Positions 18,544-28,920 of a stretch of 64,000 nucleotides of DNA are shown here, in pieces. Position numbers and translations under genes: made by a program. Location of the stretch: positions 5,408,001-5,472,000 of the forward strand of contig OZ244999.1 of assembly GCA_965223265.1 (NCBI GenBank). The letters are read 5' to 3'. Positions within the stretch are counted from its first letter, which is position 1; each line of letters starts with the position of its first letter. The notes beneath the pieces were generated by a model, which ran no database searches, was not told where the DNA came from, and was given only the letters and a program-made list of their open reading frames with translations. Source of the stretch: Planctomycetota bacterium. Its GTDB lineage: Bacteria; Planctomycetota; UBA8108; SXIK01.

Positions 18544-19119
18544 ATGGTGGCTCGCGATCCGACGGAAGCCCCCGGCGCATTTCTCTTTTTCGGGGTGTTT
18601 TCGCATCACAAGGCGCTTCTGGCCGACGTCAGGCAGTCGGTGGAGAGACGATTCGGCCCGCTCCATCGTCTCGGCATCAGCTCGGAGTACCCGTTTCCTC
18701 AAACGCGCACGTATGCCCGTGAGATGGGTTCCCCTCTCGTGCGGCAGTTTTTCGTTCTGCGAGAGCTGCAGCGCCAAGACTGCCTGGCCGACGTCAAGCA
18801 CGAGACGATCGCCATGGAGCAAAGCATCTGTGCGAGCGGCTGCTTCGACGTACCTCGCCCGGTCAACATCGACCCTGGCCTTCTCAACGATTGCCGGTTG
18901 ATTCTCGCGAGCACGAAAGACTACGCGCATAGAATCTACCGCGGTCGCGGTATATGGGAGGAGATCACTCTGATCTATCGCCACGGCCGCTTCGACACAC
19001 TGCCGTGGACCTACCCGGACTTTCGTGCGCCGACCTACCACGCGTTCTTCGCTGAGCTGCGCGCTGCTTTGCTCGCGGCAATCCGTGCCAACAAGGCGCA
19101 GCCGGGACAGCAGCCGTGA
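18544..19119 (+). CDS. DUF4416 family protein
   Basis: F..T.TY..EMG..L.R.F, LAD.K, R.VNIDPG, LASTKDYAHRIY..GIW.E.TL, LPWTYPDFR. The ORF-track start lies inside the MITE, so ATG 18544 is used. Confidence 0.85.
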   Translation: MVARDPTEAPGAFLFFGVFSHHKALLADVRQSVERRFGPLHRLGISSEYPFPQTRTYAREMGSPLVRQFFVLRELQRQDCLADVKHETIAMEQSICASGCFDVPRPVNIDPGLLNDCRLILASTKDYAHRIYRGRGIWEEITLIYRHGRFDTLPWTYPDFRAPTYHAFFAELRAALLAAIRANKAQPGQQP

Positions 19120-19161
19120 CGCGAAGACGCGCGCGACTTGCCCCATGTCCAAGGCGCGATC

Positions 19162-19998
19162 TCACGCCAACGGCGGTGAGATCGCGAGAGCCAGAAGCGC
19201 AACGCGCCGCACCCCAGCGCGGCGAAGAGAGCGGGCACAAGCGGCCGCAGTCGTGCCAGTCGTCAGCACGTCGTCGAGCAGGAGGACACGAGCAGGAAGC
19301 GGCCGGGACGCATCGACGTCAAATGAGCGTGTCAATCTGCGACGCCGGCGACGGTCAACACCGCTAAGACCCGATTGCGGCTGCGTCCAGCGGGACTTGC
19401 GCAGGAGCGGTACGGTGGGCGGTTTGCCGGGGAGATCGAGACCGATCGCCGCGGCCAACTCCGCCACTGGATTCCAGCCTCGTGCAAGCGTCTTGGTCCA
19501 GTGCTGCGGCACGGGGACGACCGCCTCAACGCCGGCAAGCGCGTCGGCGACCCAAGGGCGTGCCGCCGCGAAGCGCAGGAGCTCGCGAAGGAGCGGCAAG
19601 CCACTTCGATCGTTGTGGAACTTGTAGCGCAGAATGATCGTACGAACCGCGTCGGTGTAGAGGGCACCGGCCGCCGCCGCGTCGATGCCGGATCGGCAGC
19701 CGCGACATGCCGCACAGCCAAGATCGTCCAGCGCCACCCCGGCATGCGGCAGCGGCGTCGCGCAGCGCCGGCAGGCGGCAGAGACAAGGACGATCGATCG
19801 ACGACAGCGCCGACAGAGAGGAAGTGTCCCCGGGCCGGCGTGGCCACAATGCTGACAAGATTCCGGCGCCAACAAATCCAGGAAAGCAGTCCGCAGCCCC
19901 CGGCCGAGCTCACCGAGCGTCGCGACCGTGGCACGTGCTCTGCCGCGGCTCGAGCAGTCATCCAAGCGCGGCGGTCGGCGGTAGCGCCCGCCGTGCAT
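19162..19998 (-). CDS. comF: ComF family protein (zinc fingers + phosphoribosyltransferase domain)
   Basis: Four CxxC pairs, VVPVP, RGWNP, VLLLDDVLTTGTT; start uncertain. Confidence 0.88.
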   Translation of the reverse strand: MHGGRYRRPPRLDDCSSRGRARATVATLGELGRGLRTAFLDLLAPESCQHCGHAGPGTLPLCRRCRRSIVLVSAACRRCATPLPHAGVALDDLGCAACRGCRSGIDAAAAGALYTDAVRTIILRYKFHNDRSGLPLLRELLRFAAARPWVADALAGVEAVVPVPQHWTKTLARGWNPVAELAAAIGLDLPGKPPTVPLLRKSRWTQPQSGLSGVDRRRRRRLTRSFDVDASRPLPARVLLLDDVLTTGTTAAACARSLRRAGVRRVALLALAISPPLA

Positions 19999-20220
19999 CG
20001 AGTGAGCACGCGGAGATTCCATCACGCTCCGATCTAAAGCTCGAACACACTGCCCCGAAAAGCTCCGAGACTCGCCCACGCAGCTGCGATAGTACCCCGT
20101 CGGGCAGCAGAGCTACCCGGACAGCGGCAAACAGCGCACGCGTGTGTAGTCCAGATGACAGGTCGGTTTTTCACCGTCATTTCTCGCGAACGTTCGGGTA
20201 TACTTCCGACGACAATCTGA

Positions 20221-20297
20221 GGCGGCGTAGCTCAGCTGGCTAGAGCGGCGGATTCATAACCCGCAGGTCGGCAGTTCAAGTCTGCCCGCCGCTACCA
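20221..20297 (+). tRNA. tRNA-Met (CAT), elongator type
   Basis: GGCGGCGTAGCTCAGCTGG..TTCATAA..GTTCAAGTC..CGCCGCTACCA cloverleaf; lacks the initiator C1:A72 mismatch and the three G-C anticodon pairs. Confidence 0.93.
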
Positions 20298-20304
20298 ATA
20301 CTTT

Positions 20305-20338
20305 AAGGTCTGCGACGCCGGTCGTAGGCCTTTTTCTT
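20305..20338 (+). terminator. intrinsic terminator after tRNA-Met
   Basis: AAGGTCTGCGAC-GCCG-GTCGTAGGCCTT stem followed by T-rich tract. Confidence 0.8.
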
Positions 20339-20345
20339 AACTTAA

Positions 20346-20429
20346 CAGCCCGCCTGAAAAAGTCATTCGGCTGAGAAACTGGCCTCTTCACGCCCAGATC
20401 GACCGCGGCGAGCCTCGATAATCTCGAGG
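20346..20429 (-). mobile_element. family A half element (loop type 2) joined to family B end
   Basis: TTAA-CAGCCCGCCTGAAAAAGTCATTCGG...GAGCCTCGATAAT-CTCGAGG-TTAA. Confidence 0.82.
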
Positions 20430-20591
20430 TTAATGGCCTTTGAGGCGGAAGTCTCGGTGAGTCGCAGCCATAAAAAAAAAGGGTAAAGGCTCAACCGTTC
20501 TACCGGTGGTCTTCCTTTACCCAACAGCCACACGAGCGGAAGCGGGGTGGTGACTCTTCCGCAGGCGCGCTGGAACAAAACTCAAATCTCG

Positions 20592-22106
20592 TCAGCGATC
20601 TCCTTCGCCACTCTTGCGAGTGGATCGGTCCTCATCGTCCCACCATCGGGGCAGGTCGCGAAACACGCCTGAAAAATCGAAGCCTGGAGCAGCAGGAAAC
20701 CAGCGCGTCAAAAGCCGCGCCTGAAAGACCGCTCGCGCGGCACTTCCCGTGCGCTCCCGAGAAAGGTCGAGCCGTCCACGCGCAAGGAGTGCGTGGAAAA
20801 GCTGCAGGGCACGGTCTGGCACCTGCCCCCGCCGCACGTGCGGAGGCCGCAGTCGGCTCAGATGGACAAGCGTCGCGACACTCTCGCCGATAGCGGCGGC
20901 ATGCTCGATCGCACTTTCGACCTGTCGCCCCCTCTCGAGCCAAAGCCGTTCGAGCTCATCGCGCACGACCGCCTCATGGGCGACGACCTGAAACACGAGC
21001 ATGGCCTCGGAGACGCAATCCTCCGTCTCTTCGTTCGTCTTCACCTCCGGGTCCGCACGACTCCGCAGCTCGAGCAACTGGTCGAGGCCGTCGAGGGACG
21101 AATCGGGACGATCGTCCGCCGCTGCGTACGCCGCGTCAAGGCGCTGCCTCATCGCTCGCTGGAGCTCCCCTCGGAGACGCAACCGCTCGACACCCAGCAG
21201 CGCCTCTGCCTCGCGTTTGAGCGCGACATCGCTGCGCCACGTCTCTGTCTGACGAAAAAAGCTCGTCGCCAAGACGGCTTGCGGATCGAGTCGCTCGGCG
21301 ATCTCGAAAATAAGGCGCCCCCTGGAGGCCTCTCCCGCCACGACCGCACGCAAGCCAGCAAACGACAGCGCCTGCGCAACATCGTGCGGAAGCGTTTGAA
21401 ACGGCTCTGACCCCGCCATGAGCTGTCGCGGCAAGTCATCGACGAACTCCATGTCGATGTCCTCCGCTGCCGATGTCACGACAACGACGTCGTCGTGTTG
21501 AACGTTGATGCCGAGACCGTGAAGACGACGGCGTAGGGCAGTGGCGATCGATATGCCGCCTTCGAGCTGCTGACGTCTCGCGGCAAGCTCCTCGATCACG
21601 ATCGCTCCGCGCTCTAGCTGCCCAGCTAAGCGATCACGAATCGCGCTAGCGTGACTCTGCAGTAGGTCCAAGCTACGCCCTCTGCCCAAACTCGGCAGAC
21701 GGACTTGATCTACAGACTCCGGGGCGGCGAGGAGCTCACCGCCATTACGTACCCACAGCTCCATCAGCTGTCGAATCATCGCCGCACGCTCGCGCGCGCC
21801 GGTGCCCTTGAACCGTACCATGGAGTCAGCGAGCGGCTGGCGTGAAGCGATTCCCGCGAAGAAACGCTCTGCATCTTTGCGGCGCCCGAGTCTCTCGCCG
21901 CAGATGGCCGCGCGCAGCGCGGCGGCGACCTTCGTCAACGGATACCCGGCTTCAAACGGGGGCTGACTCGAATAGACTCGTGCGTAGACCGACGCAACCG
22001 CAGCCATCTCGCCGCGATAAACCTCGCGGTACCACGACTCGGTAACACTCGCGGCTGCCGTCGGCTGCGCCATTGCACAGGTCAAGACGAACGCCGAAAT
22101 GATCAT
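20592..22106 (-). CDS. exported all-helical hypothetical protein
   Basis: 504-aa ORF with signal-like N-terminus (IISAFVLTCAMAQPTAAA); no recognisable family. Confidence 0.7.
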   Translation of the reverse strand: MIISAFVLTCAMAQPTAAASVTESWYREVYRGEMAAVASVYARVYSSQPPFEAGYPLTKVAAALRAAICGERLGRRKDAERFFAGIASRQPLADSMVRFKGTGARERAAMIRQLMELWVRNGGELLAAPESVDQVRLPSLGRGRSLDLLQSHASAIRDRLAGQLERGAIVIEELAARRQQLEGGISIATALRRRLHGLGINVQHDDVVVVTSAAEDIDMEFVDDLPRQLMAGSEPFQTLPHDVAQALSFAGLRAVVAGEASRGRLIFEIAERLDPQAVLATSFFRQTETWRSDVALKREAEALLGVERLRLRGELQRAMRQRLDAAYAAADDRPDSSLDGLDQLLELRSRADPEVKTNEETEDCVSEAMLVFQVVAHEAVVRDELERLWLERGRQVESAIEHAAAIGESVATLVHLSRLRPPHVRRGQVPDRALQLFHALLARGRLDLSRERTGSAARAVFQARLLTRWFPAAPGFDFSGVFRDLPRWWDDEDRSTRKSGEGDR

Positions 22107-22244
22107 CGCATCATCACTCCTGCGGCAACCGACTCAAAACGCTCAAGTGCTTAGTGCCATCGCAACCGCGACAGAACACCTTTGCAGCAGAACTCGTCGA
22201 CAGGCTTGCTCAGCCGAAAGCTGGTTTCACTTGAGGGGCAGAAG

Positions 22245-22334
22245 CAGCAGCTTGGGACGTCCGAACAACAAAAGAGAGAAAAGAGAAGAGAATGAACCCT
22301 GATACGTGAGACGACACCACGCCCCAAGCTGCTG
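22245..22334 (-). ncRNA. candidate sRNA / structured 5' leader with a CU-rich loop
   Basis: 16-bp stem CAGCAGCUUGGGGCGU/ACGUCCCAAGCUGCUG, with one G.U that pairs only on the minus strand, enclosing UUCUCUUCUCUUUUCUCUCUUUU. Starts 6 nt after a -10-like hexamer. Confidence 0.5.
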
Positions 22335-22340
22335 ATACGC

Positions 22341-22372
22341 ATTATGGTGGGCGTCTGTCACGGATGTGTCAC
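22341..22372 (-). promoter_or_regulatory. putative OmpR-family box (GTGACA-N5-GTGACA) with -10 CATAAT
   Basis: Plus-strand TGTCAC at 22356 and 22367 (11-bp period); ATTATG at 22341-22346; next to an OmpR-type regulator gene. Confidence 0.55.
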
Positions 22373-22533
22373 CGCACCAAAAAAAATCGCAGCGTCGCGC
22401 CAACAGCGTTCGCCTCACCAAGTTGCGCAGCTCTGCTGCCCGGAAGAATCGCTGCAGAATTCCCTTTGGACAGCACGGAGAGCCACCCAGAGCTTGGTTG
22501 GTCGCGAGTCTACGTTGGCGGTGGCCCAAGCCC

Positions 22534-22597
22534 GGCGTGAAGAAGCCAACGACTTACAAAAAGTCTTTGAATCCCCGCGAAACGACCGATCTCGAGG
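22534..22597. mobile_element. degenerate A/B chimeric remnant
   Basis: GGCGTGAAGAAGCCA (A arm), TACAAAAAGT..CTTTGAATCCCCGCGAAAC (B interior), CTCGAGG-CTAG (B end). Confidence 0.6.
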
Positions 22598-22608
22598 CTA
22601 GCGCTAGG

Positions 22609-23325
22609 CTAGGCCGGATCGTGGTGAAATCGGTAGCCGACTCCACGGATCGTCAGGATATGACGCGGCGTCTCGGAATCGTCACCGATTTTTTGGCGCA
22701 AGCGATTGATGAAGTTGTCGATCGTGCGCGACGTTCCGTAGTAGTTGTATCCCCACACCTTGTTGAGGATCGACTCGCGCGTCAGAACCTTGCCACCCGA
22801 GCGCAAAAGAAAATGAAGCAGCTCGAACTCTTTCGACGTCATGCGGACTTCACGTCCGCGCAACCACACCCTGCGGCTCGCAATATCGACCTTCACTTTC
22901 CCGAACTCGATCGCCGCGGACTTTTCGCCGCGTGATCGCCTCAGTACCGTCTTCACACGCGCGAGAAGCTCTCTGACGCTGAACGGCTTAGTCATGTAGT
23001 CATCACAGCCAAGATCGAACCCGAGAATCTTGTCGGCTTCCTGCACCTTTGCGGTCAGAAAGATGATCGGCACTTCGATGTCACGCTGACGCAAACTCTC
23101 GCAGATCTCGTATCCGTTGACACGCGGCAACATGACATCGAGAATGATCAAGTCTGGGCGCTGATCAACAGCGCTCTGTAGCCCAGCTTCCCCTTCGTTG
23201 GCGACGAAAACTTCGTAGCCTTCGAACTGAAGATTCTTCTGCAGCCCGCGTGCGATCGCCCGGTCGTCTTCGACGATGAGAATCTTACCTCGGGGAGTCG
23301 CACGTGCAGCCTCTGCACCCATCAT
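22609..23325 (-). CDS. OmpR/PhoB-family response regulator
   Basis: VEDD, ILDVMLP, LTAK, DDYMTKPF; winged helix SRTIDNFINRLRQK..TIRGVGYRF. Confidence 0.96.
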   Translation of the reverse strand: MMGAEAARATPRGKILIVEDDRAIARGLQKNLQFEGYEVFVANEGEAGLQSAVDQRPDLIILDVMLPRVNGYEICESLRQRDIEVPIIFLTAKVQEADKILGFDLGCDDYMTKPFSVRELLARVKTVLRRSRGEKSAAIEFGKVKVDIASRRVWLRGREVRMTSKEFELLHFLLRSGGKVLTRESILNKVWGYNYYGTSRTIDNFINRLRQKIGDDSETPRHILTIRGVGYRFHHDPA

Positions 23326-23442
23326 GAACTCCTAACAGATTCTTCGGCCCGCCCATCTCGCTGCCAAGCAGTCTTCCCCACCCAAATTCGCTGCGATCAA
23401 ACGACTGAAGTCGTCCATCGAGTCCACTCTTCAGGCAGACCG

Positions 23443-23844
23443 TCAAGGCTTCAGATCGATTGTACGCGACGAGACGCCGATGCAAGCCAAAAAGCGGCTC
23501 CAGGCACATAGCCTGCGGTTGGTCACCTGGGTGCGCGCGGCAGCCGCCCGTCCGCCCCATGCTCTGGCTGCCGCGCCCAGCACTCCTGCGAACAGGATTC
23601 CTTGACCATACAAAAGACTCTCGGCGGGCAACAGAAACCCGTGCAACTCGTCCAGCCAGGATTGACGCGAAACTTGAGCTAACAGCTTCCTCTGAACAGG
23701 TCGGTCGGCCGGGAGAACTCCCGCCTCTTCGAGTAGAGCCCCCCACGACGACAAGTCTCGACGATCTGCGCGCTCGGCCGCGCCGCCGACTCGAATCACT
23801 CTCTCAGCAACTCAGCCGAACCGTAGGCCCCTCGTCAGCGTCAT
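23443..23844 (-). pseudogene. possible hypothetical gene with one in-frame TGA, or short ORF from GTG 23799
   Basis: ATG 23844 overlaps the kinase stop (ATGA) and is in frame with ORF 23443-23799, but TGA occurs at 23812-23814. Confidence 0.3.
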
Positions 23845-25868
23845 TCGGCGAGCACGTGAGTCTTTCGGAGGGACAACGTGAAGCTGCTACCCGAACCGAG
23901 TTGGCTGGCAACCTTGATGTCACCGTTGTGGACCTTCGCGATGTAACGTGCAAACGTCAGCCCGAGTCCGGTGCCGTCAACGTCGCGAGTCAGATAGTCG
24001 TCAGCACGGTAGAACCGGTCGAAAATCTTCTTGTGGTCGCGCTTGCGAATGCCGACGCCTTCGTCAACCACTTCGACAGAAATGTCTGTGATCGACTCGC
24101 GAAGGTTCACGGTGATTCTCTTGGCTGGATCGGAATACTTGGCGGCATTGTTGATCAAGTTGAGGAGGAGCTCGATCATCGCGGCGCGATCGACACGGAT
24201 TTTCGAGATATGCTGCGCCGAGTGGAGCTCGACGATTCGCGTCGGTTCACGGTGGTGTTTATGAAAAATTCGAATCGACTCGCGGACGATCTCCAGCATG
24301 TCGGCGCTTGCAAAACGGAACTTCTTCCGATGTCGCTCGAGCTTCGAGTACTCCAGGATCTGATCGATCAACTTCGAAAGCCGCTGACTCTCTTGATCGA
24401 TCATCTGAACGCATTCCGATCGATCCGTTTCATCGCGAACCCGCCCGTCGAGCATAGTCTCGGTGTACATGCGGATCGCAGTGAGAGGGGTCTTGAGCTC
24501 GTGCGAAACAAAGCTGACGAAGTCGGTTTTCAGCCGTGCAGTCTCAAGTTCACGAAGGATGTAGCGAAGCGTGAACACCGCGCCGACAACAATCGTCGCG
24601 ACGATCACGACGACCGCCCATGTAAAGGTCGCAAGCGGAACAACGTTGAACGCACGAAAGCCCTGCGGCCTCAGCTCGTCGGTCGGAGTGTAACGAAACT
24701 TCAGAGACGAAAGCGGCGCCGGCGCCGCGAGTACAACCGCGTCGTCCTCACCGACCGGTTTCGTATCGACCGGAACCAACTCGAGTCTCTCGAACGGGAT
24801 ATTGAAAGCGTCGCAGTAGGGGCGGGCGTCATCTAGGAAGACCTGAAGCGACAAGACGACATACGCCGAGCCACCCCCCTCGGCAGCGAGCGAAAGACCA
24901 ACGAAAACGAGCGTATCCCCTAGCCCGCGATGCCAAGAAAACGTAGGTGGTTCGTTTCCCGCGGCGACTGCTGCCGCACGAAATCTTCCAGCGAGCGATT
25001 CGAGCTCTGGGTCCGTGAGAACACTCTCCCCATGTTCGATCTGGCTTTCCGCCGCGGCGGAGTGAACCTCCACGCTCGAGGGCGTGAGCTGCTTCATGCG
25101 GTCGCTCACGCGCTCGACCTCCTCGGCCGGCATGAACGGCGCGTACTTTTCGAGGCTCACCGCTAGAGCACGAAGGCGCTGCACCAGCTCGTCCTCGTCG
25201 GCCTTCTCGGCTGCCAGCTCGGCAAGTCGCAACCCCATCGCCACTTCCCGGACGTTCTGCATGTGGTCTTGCGTCGGCCCGAAACGCTCAACGGCCCAGC
25301 TCAGATACTCGGTAGCGCCTTCCAAGTCGCCGAGCTTGTCACTCGAACGGGCAGCCGACATCATCGCTTCAAGCGCAACGACCTCCGAAGTCGTCGCCGC
25401 CAAAAGCTTCAGCGCTTCGTCACGTACTGCCGCGAAGTCTTGTTCGACGAACTCGAGTCGCTGGAGAGTCTCAAGCTCGGGATGCGGTGCGATCGTGAGA
25501 AGGATTCGCGGCTGCCAGCGATGAATTCGCTCGACGCCGTTGTGTCCGTCCCACAGCAACACTTCTCGGACCGCCGGATCCTCGCGTTGCAGCTGCGCGA
25601 GGTACGGCCGGCGCTCCCCGGCTGAGTGCGCCGAGAGCCGATACGCGTTCAAGCGCTCCGTCCAGACCTTTGCGACATGTTCGCGAAGCTCGTAGAGCTG
25701 GCGTTCGATCGGTCTGCGGAGGCTCTGACGGACGAAGCGATCTGCCTGAAACACCTCGACCAGCCCGAGTGCGGTCACGAGCAAGCTCGGGATAAGAACC
25801 GCGAACAAAAGCACCGAAATCAGTTTAACCGGTGCGTTCGCAAGCGTCGTACGGACTCTCGAACTCAA
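23841..25868 (-). CDS. membrane sensor histidine kinase (HisKA + HATPase) with TPR-like extracytoplasmic region
   Basis: Two TM segments, SHELKTPL, NLINNAAKY, DEGVGI, FDRFYR, GTGLGL. Confidence 0.95.
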   Translation of the reverse strand: MSSRVRTTLANAPVKLISVLLFAVLIPSLLVTALGLVEVFQADRFVRQSLRRPIERQLYELREHVAKVWTERLNAYRLSAHSAGERRPYLAQLQREDPAVREVLLWDGHNGVERIHRWQPRILLTIAPHPELETLQRLEFVEQDFAAVRDEALKLLAATTSEVVALEAMMSAARSSDKLGDLEGATEYLSWAVERFGPTQDHMQNVREVAMGLRLAELAAEKADEDELVQRLRALAVSLEKYAPFMPAEEVERVSDRMKQLTPSSVEVHSAAAESQIEHGESVLTDPELESLAGRFRAAAVAAGNEPPTFSWHRGLGDTLVFVGLSLAAEGGGSAYVVLSLQVFLDDARPYCDAFNIPFERLELVPVDTKPVGEDDAVVLAAPAPLSSLKFRYTPTDELRPQGFRAFNVVPLATFTWAVVVIVATIVVGAVFTLRYILRELETARLKTDFVSFVSHELKTPLTAIRMYTETMLDGRVRDETDRSECVQMIDQESQRLSKLIDQILEYSKLERHRKKFRFASADMLEIVRESIRIFHKHHREPTRIVELHSAQHISKIRVDRAAMIELLLNLINNAAKYSDPAKRITVNLRESITDISVEVVDEGVGIRKRDHKKIFDRFYRADDYLTRDVDGTGLGLTFARYIAKVHNGDIKVASQLGSGSSFTLSLRKTHVLAE

Positions 25869-25893
25869 GTTCGCCTCGCTGCTGTAGCAGTAG

Positions 25894-26039
25894 CAGCCCG
25901 TCTCCTGGCGTTCCCTGAAGGGCCGGACAGGAATTCTTGAACATGCACAAGGGTTCTCAGGGTACTAAAAAGTCGAAAGGGCTTTGAATTCCCGCGAAAC
26001 TCGTCCGGCGAGGCCGGCGCGAAATGGCCAAACTCGAGG
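25894..26039 (-). mobile_element. family A terminal stub + partial family B element
   Basis: TAG-CAGCCCG then CTCCTGGCGTTCCC...GAAATGGCCAAACTCGAGG-TTAG; colinear with 30621-30763. Confidence 0.85.
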
Positions 26040-26122
26040 TTAGCTTACAAAAACCTAGCCGCGCCCCGCCCACAGTCGCCTCGATTATAGCCTATCGAAG
26101 CGGCCGCCGCGCCGTAGGGGGG

Positions 26123-28216
26123 TCAGCGCTTTTTCTTGGAGCGCATCTTGCCCCATCGGCGCTGCGGCCCAGAGCCACCGCGCCGTTCGTCCCGGGTTCG
26201 GGCCTTCGATCTGGCCCCGCCTTGCTGCGGCGTCTCCGCAGACGCGGCACTCTGGGCGGCGTCGATCAAATCACGCAGCTCAGCCGCACGCTCGAAATCA
26301 AGCTTTTCGGCCGCAGCTAACATTTCTGCTTCGAGCTCACGCAAACGTTCATTCTGTTCGTAGTCACCCGCCGGCGACCGAACCGCACCTCGCGCGACGC
26401 GATATCCTTTGATCTCGTCCTCGATGCTGGGAAGGATCTCCTTCTGCACTGTTCGCGGCACGATGCCGTTGGCTTCGTTGAATTCCGACTGCAGAGCCCG
26501 CCGCCGTTCAGTCTCTTTGATCGCCCGCTCCATCGAACCCGTGACCTGGTCGCCATACAAGATCACGTAAGCCCGTTCGTTGCGCGCAGCCCTGCCGATC
26601 GTTTGAATCAAAGAGGTCTCCGAACGCAAAAATCCCTCCTTGTCAGCGTCAAGGACGGCGACAAGGGCAACCTCTGGAAGATCAAGGCCTTCACGTAACA
26701 AGTTGACGCCAACGACCACGTCATACTTGCCGCGTCTCAAGTCCTGAAGGATCTCGACTCGCTCAATCGTGTGGACTTCAGAGTGAAGGTATTGCGATCG
26801 AATGCCCCTCTCCTGGAGGTGCTCGTGTAGGTCTTCCGCCATCCGTTTCGTGAGCGTCGTCACCAAAGTTCGGTCGCCGCGCTCAATCGTGGCGCGGATC
26901 TCCGCAACGAGATCAGGTACTTGTCCCGTCGCGGAGCGCACCTCGACACGTGGATCGACAAGTCCGGTCGGACGATTAATCAGTTCGACGACTTCGCCTC
27001 GTGATTTACGCAGTTCATAATCGGCGGGAGTCGCACTAACGAACAGCGCCTTCTTCACCATCGCCTCCCACTCCTCAAAGCGCAGCGGACGGTTGTCAAG
27101 GGCTGACGGCAAGCGAAATCCATGATTGACGAGGGTCTGTTTGCGCGACCGGTCGCCGTTGTACATCGCAGAGATCTGCGGCACGGTTACATGAGACTCG
27201 TCGATGACGACGAGAAACTCATCGGGGAAATAGTCGAGCAAATTGTACGTGCGTTCCCCTGGTTGCCTGCCGGTGAAGTGGCGTGAGTAGTTTTCGATTC
27301 CGGGGCAGTATCCAACCTCGAGCATGAGCTCACAGTCATATCGAGTTCGCGAGTTGAGTCGCTGCGCTTCAACAAGCTTCCCCTGACTCTCGAGCACGTC
27401 GAGTTGCTCGCGGAGCTCAGCGCGAATACTCCGCACTGCCGTTTCGACCTTGTCGCGATTGAGCACAAAGTGCTTCGCTGGGTAGATCGTCAATTGATCG
27501 AACTCGCCTTTGCCGACCCCGGAGAGTGGGTCGATCTCGTGAATTGACTCAATCTCGTCACCGAACATCTCGATGCGGTATGCGGTTTCCTCGTAGGCGG
27601 GAAAAATCTCGACGACGTCGCCGCGGACACGAAACGTGCCGCGAAGCAGTTCCAAATCGCGTCGTTCGTACTGAATGTCGACGAGCTTGCGCAGCAGGTC
27701 GTCACGATCGACCTCTGCGCCGCGCTCGACTTGCACCAGCATGCCTTGGTAGTCGTTGGGATCCCCAAGACCGTAGATGCAGGAGACGCTCGCAACGATG
27801 ATCACGTCCGACCGTGATAGAAGTGCGCTGGTGGCAGCCAGGCGTAGCCGATCGATGTCGTTGTTGATCGACGCATCCTTCTCGATGTAAATGTCGCGCT
27901 GCGGGATATAGGCCTCGGGCTGATAGTAGTCGTAGTAGCTCACGAAATACTCGACTGCGTTCTGCGGACAGAACTCTCGCAACTCCGAGAAGAGCTGTGC
28001 GGCGAGCGTCTTGTTGTGGGAGAGAATGAGCGCCGGCACGTTCAGCTGGCTGAGCACATGAGCGACCGTGAAGGTCTTACCCGATCCTGTCACCCCCAAG
28101 AGCGTTTGGAAGTCTCGGCCGCCGCGAAATCCAGCGACGAGTTCAGAAATCGCGTGCGGTTGATCACCGCGCGGCTCGAACGAGCTCACCACCTCGATCT
28201 GGATATCATGGCTCAT
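26123..28216 (-). CDS. uvrB: excinuclease ABC subunit B
   Basis: [44 protein letters not shown]-terminal FERAAELRD. Confidence 0.98.
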   Translation of the reverse strand: MSHDIQIEVVSSFEPRGDQPHAISELVAGFRGGRDFQTLLGVTGSGKTFTVAHVLSQLNVPALILSHNKTLAAQLFSELREFCPQNAVEYFVSYYDYYQPEAYIPQRDIYIEKDASINNDIDRLRLAATSALLSRSDVIIVASVSCIYGLGDPNDYQGMLVQVERGAEVDRDDLLRKLVDIQYERRDLELLRGTFRVRGDVVEIFPAYEETAYRIEMFGDEIESIHEIDPLSGVGKGEFDQLTIYPAKHFVLNRDKVETAVRSIRAELREQLDVLESQGKLVEAQRLNSRTRYDCELMLEVGYCPGIENYSRHFTGRQPGERTYNLLDYFPDEFLVVIDESHVTVPQISAMYNGDRSRKQTLVNHGFRLPSALDNRPLRFEEWEAMVKKALFVSATPADYELRKSRGEVVELINRPTGLVDPRVEVRSATGQVPDLVAEIRATIERGDRTLVTTLTKRMAEDLHEHLQERGIRSQYLHSEVHTIERVEILQDLRRGKYDVVVGVNLLREGLDLPEVALVAVLDADKEGFLRSETSLIQTIGRAARNERAYVILYGDQVTGSMERAIKETERRRALQSEFNEANGIVPRTVQKEILPSIEDEIKGYRVARGAVRSPAGDYEQNERLRELEAEMLAAAEKLDFERAAELRDLIDAAQSAASAETPQQGGARSKARTRDERRGGSGPQRRWGKMRSKKKR

Positions 28217-28389
28217 TGGATCAACTCGAAACGAAGTAGCATGGCGAACGTCTGCGGTGTCCCATCGGGGTCGTTGGTGTGTCGTGACGAACTTTGGTGT
28301 TTTCGCGAAACCTGGGCCGGGTGTTGGCACCCGTGAGCTCGCTGTCGTGGACTTGCCCGTAGGAATCTCCGCGCCAGGAACTCGCTGGC

Positions 28390-28902
28390 TCAACGGGCCG
28401 ACAGATCACGCCTGGCGCGCACGATTGTGAGGTGAGGCCTGGCTCGCTCGACCCAACCCGCCGGCAACCCAGGGACGCGCCCCAGGTCATCGATGGTGCT
28501 AAAGGGGCCATGCTGAGCTCGAAAGGTCACGATCCTTCGTGCCCGAGCCTCTCCGATGCCGCGCAAGAGCGCCCATTCATACCACGGTGCGGAGTTGATT
28601 TCGACCACGAGGGATTCCAACGGTACTTCGGTGACTCGAAGCCGACGCGTCGGAGCGACGCGGATCCAGGCTGGCAGAAGCAAAATCGTCGCGCACACAC
28701 CCAGCAGAAACAGATCAGCGAGAAGCTGACGCCGCACCGACGACGCTACTCCCGACTCTTTCTGCTGCGATCGATAGCGGCGCATCGCACGCCCCAGTTT
28801 CTCCCCGCCGAACCAGGAGTTATCACCACTGTTTGTAGCCGTCGGGATCTTGCTTCGCGATCTCTCGGTCGACACCACAACACCTGTACGGGAACTCGGC
28901 AC
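28390..28902 (-). CDS. ComEA-like helix-hairpin-helix DNA-binding membrane protein
   Basis: TM segment then [29 protein letters not shown]; start uncertain. Confidence 0.82.
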   Translation of the reverse strand: MPSSRTGVVVSTERSRSKIPTATNSGDNSWFGGEKLGRAMRRYRSQQKESGVASSVRRQLLADLFLLGVCATILLLPAWIRVAPTRRLRVTEVPLESLVVEINSAPWYEWALLRGIGEARARRIVTFRAQHGPFSTIDDLGRVPGLPAGWVERARPHLTIVRARRDLSAR

Positions 28903-28920
28903 TCCCGCCCCCGGAGCCTC

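Noticed and set aside
20221-20297. initiator tRNA or tRNA-Ile2 identity
   Set aside because: No C1:A72 mismatch or triple G-C anticodon stem, and the sequence resembles elongator Met; Ile2 is not fully excluded without a model.
23780-23844. selenocysteine read-through of the in-frame TGA
   Set aside because: No convincing SECIS-like hairpin right after the TGA and no redox motif context.
23460-24836. 458-aa plus-strand ORF
   Set aside because: Antisense to the histidine kinase; no motifs.
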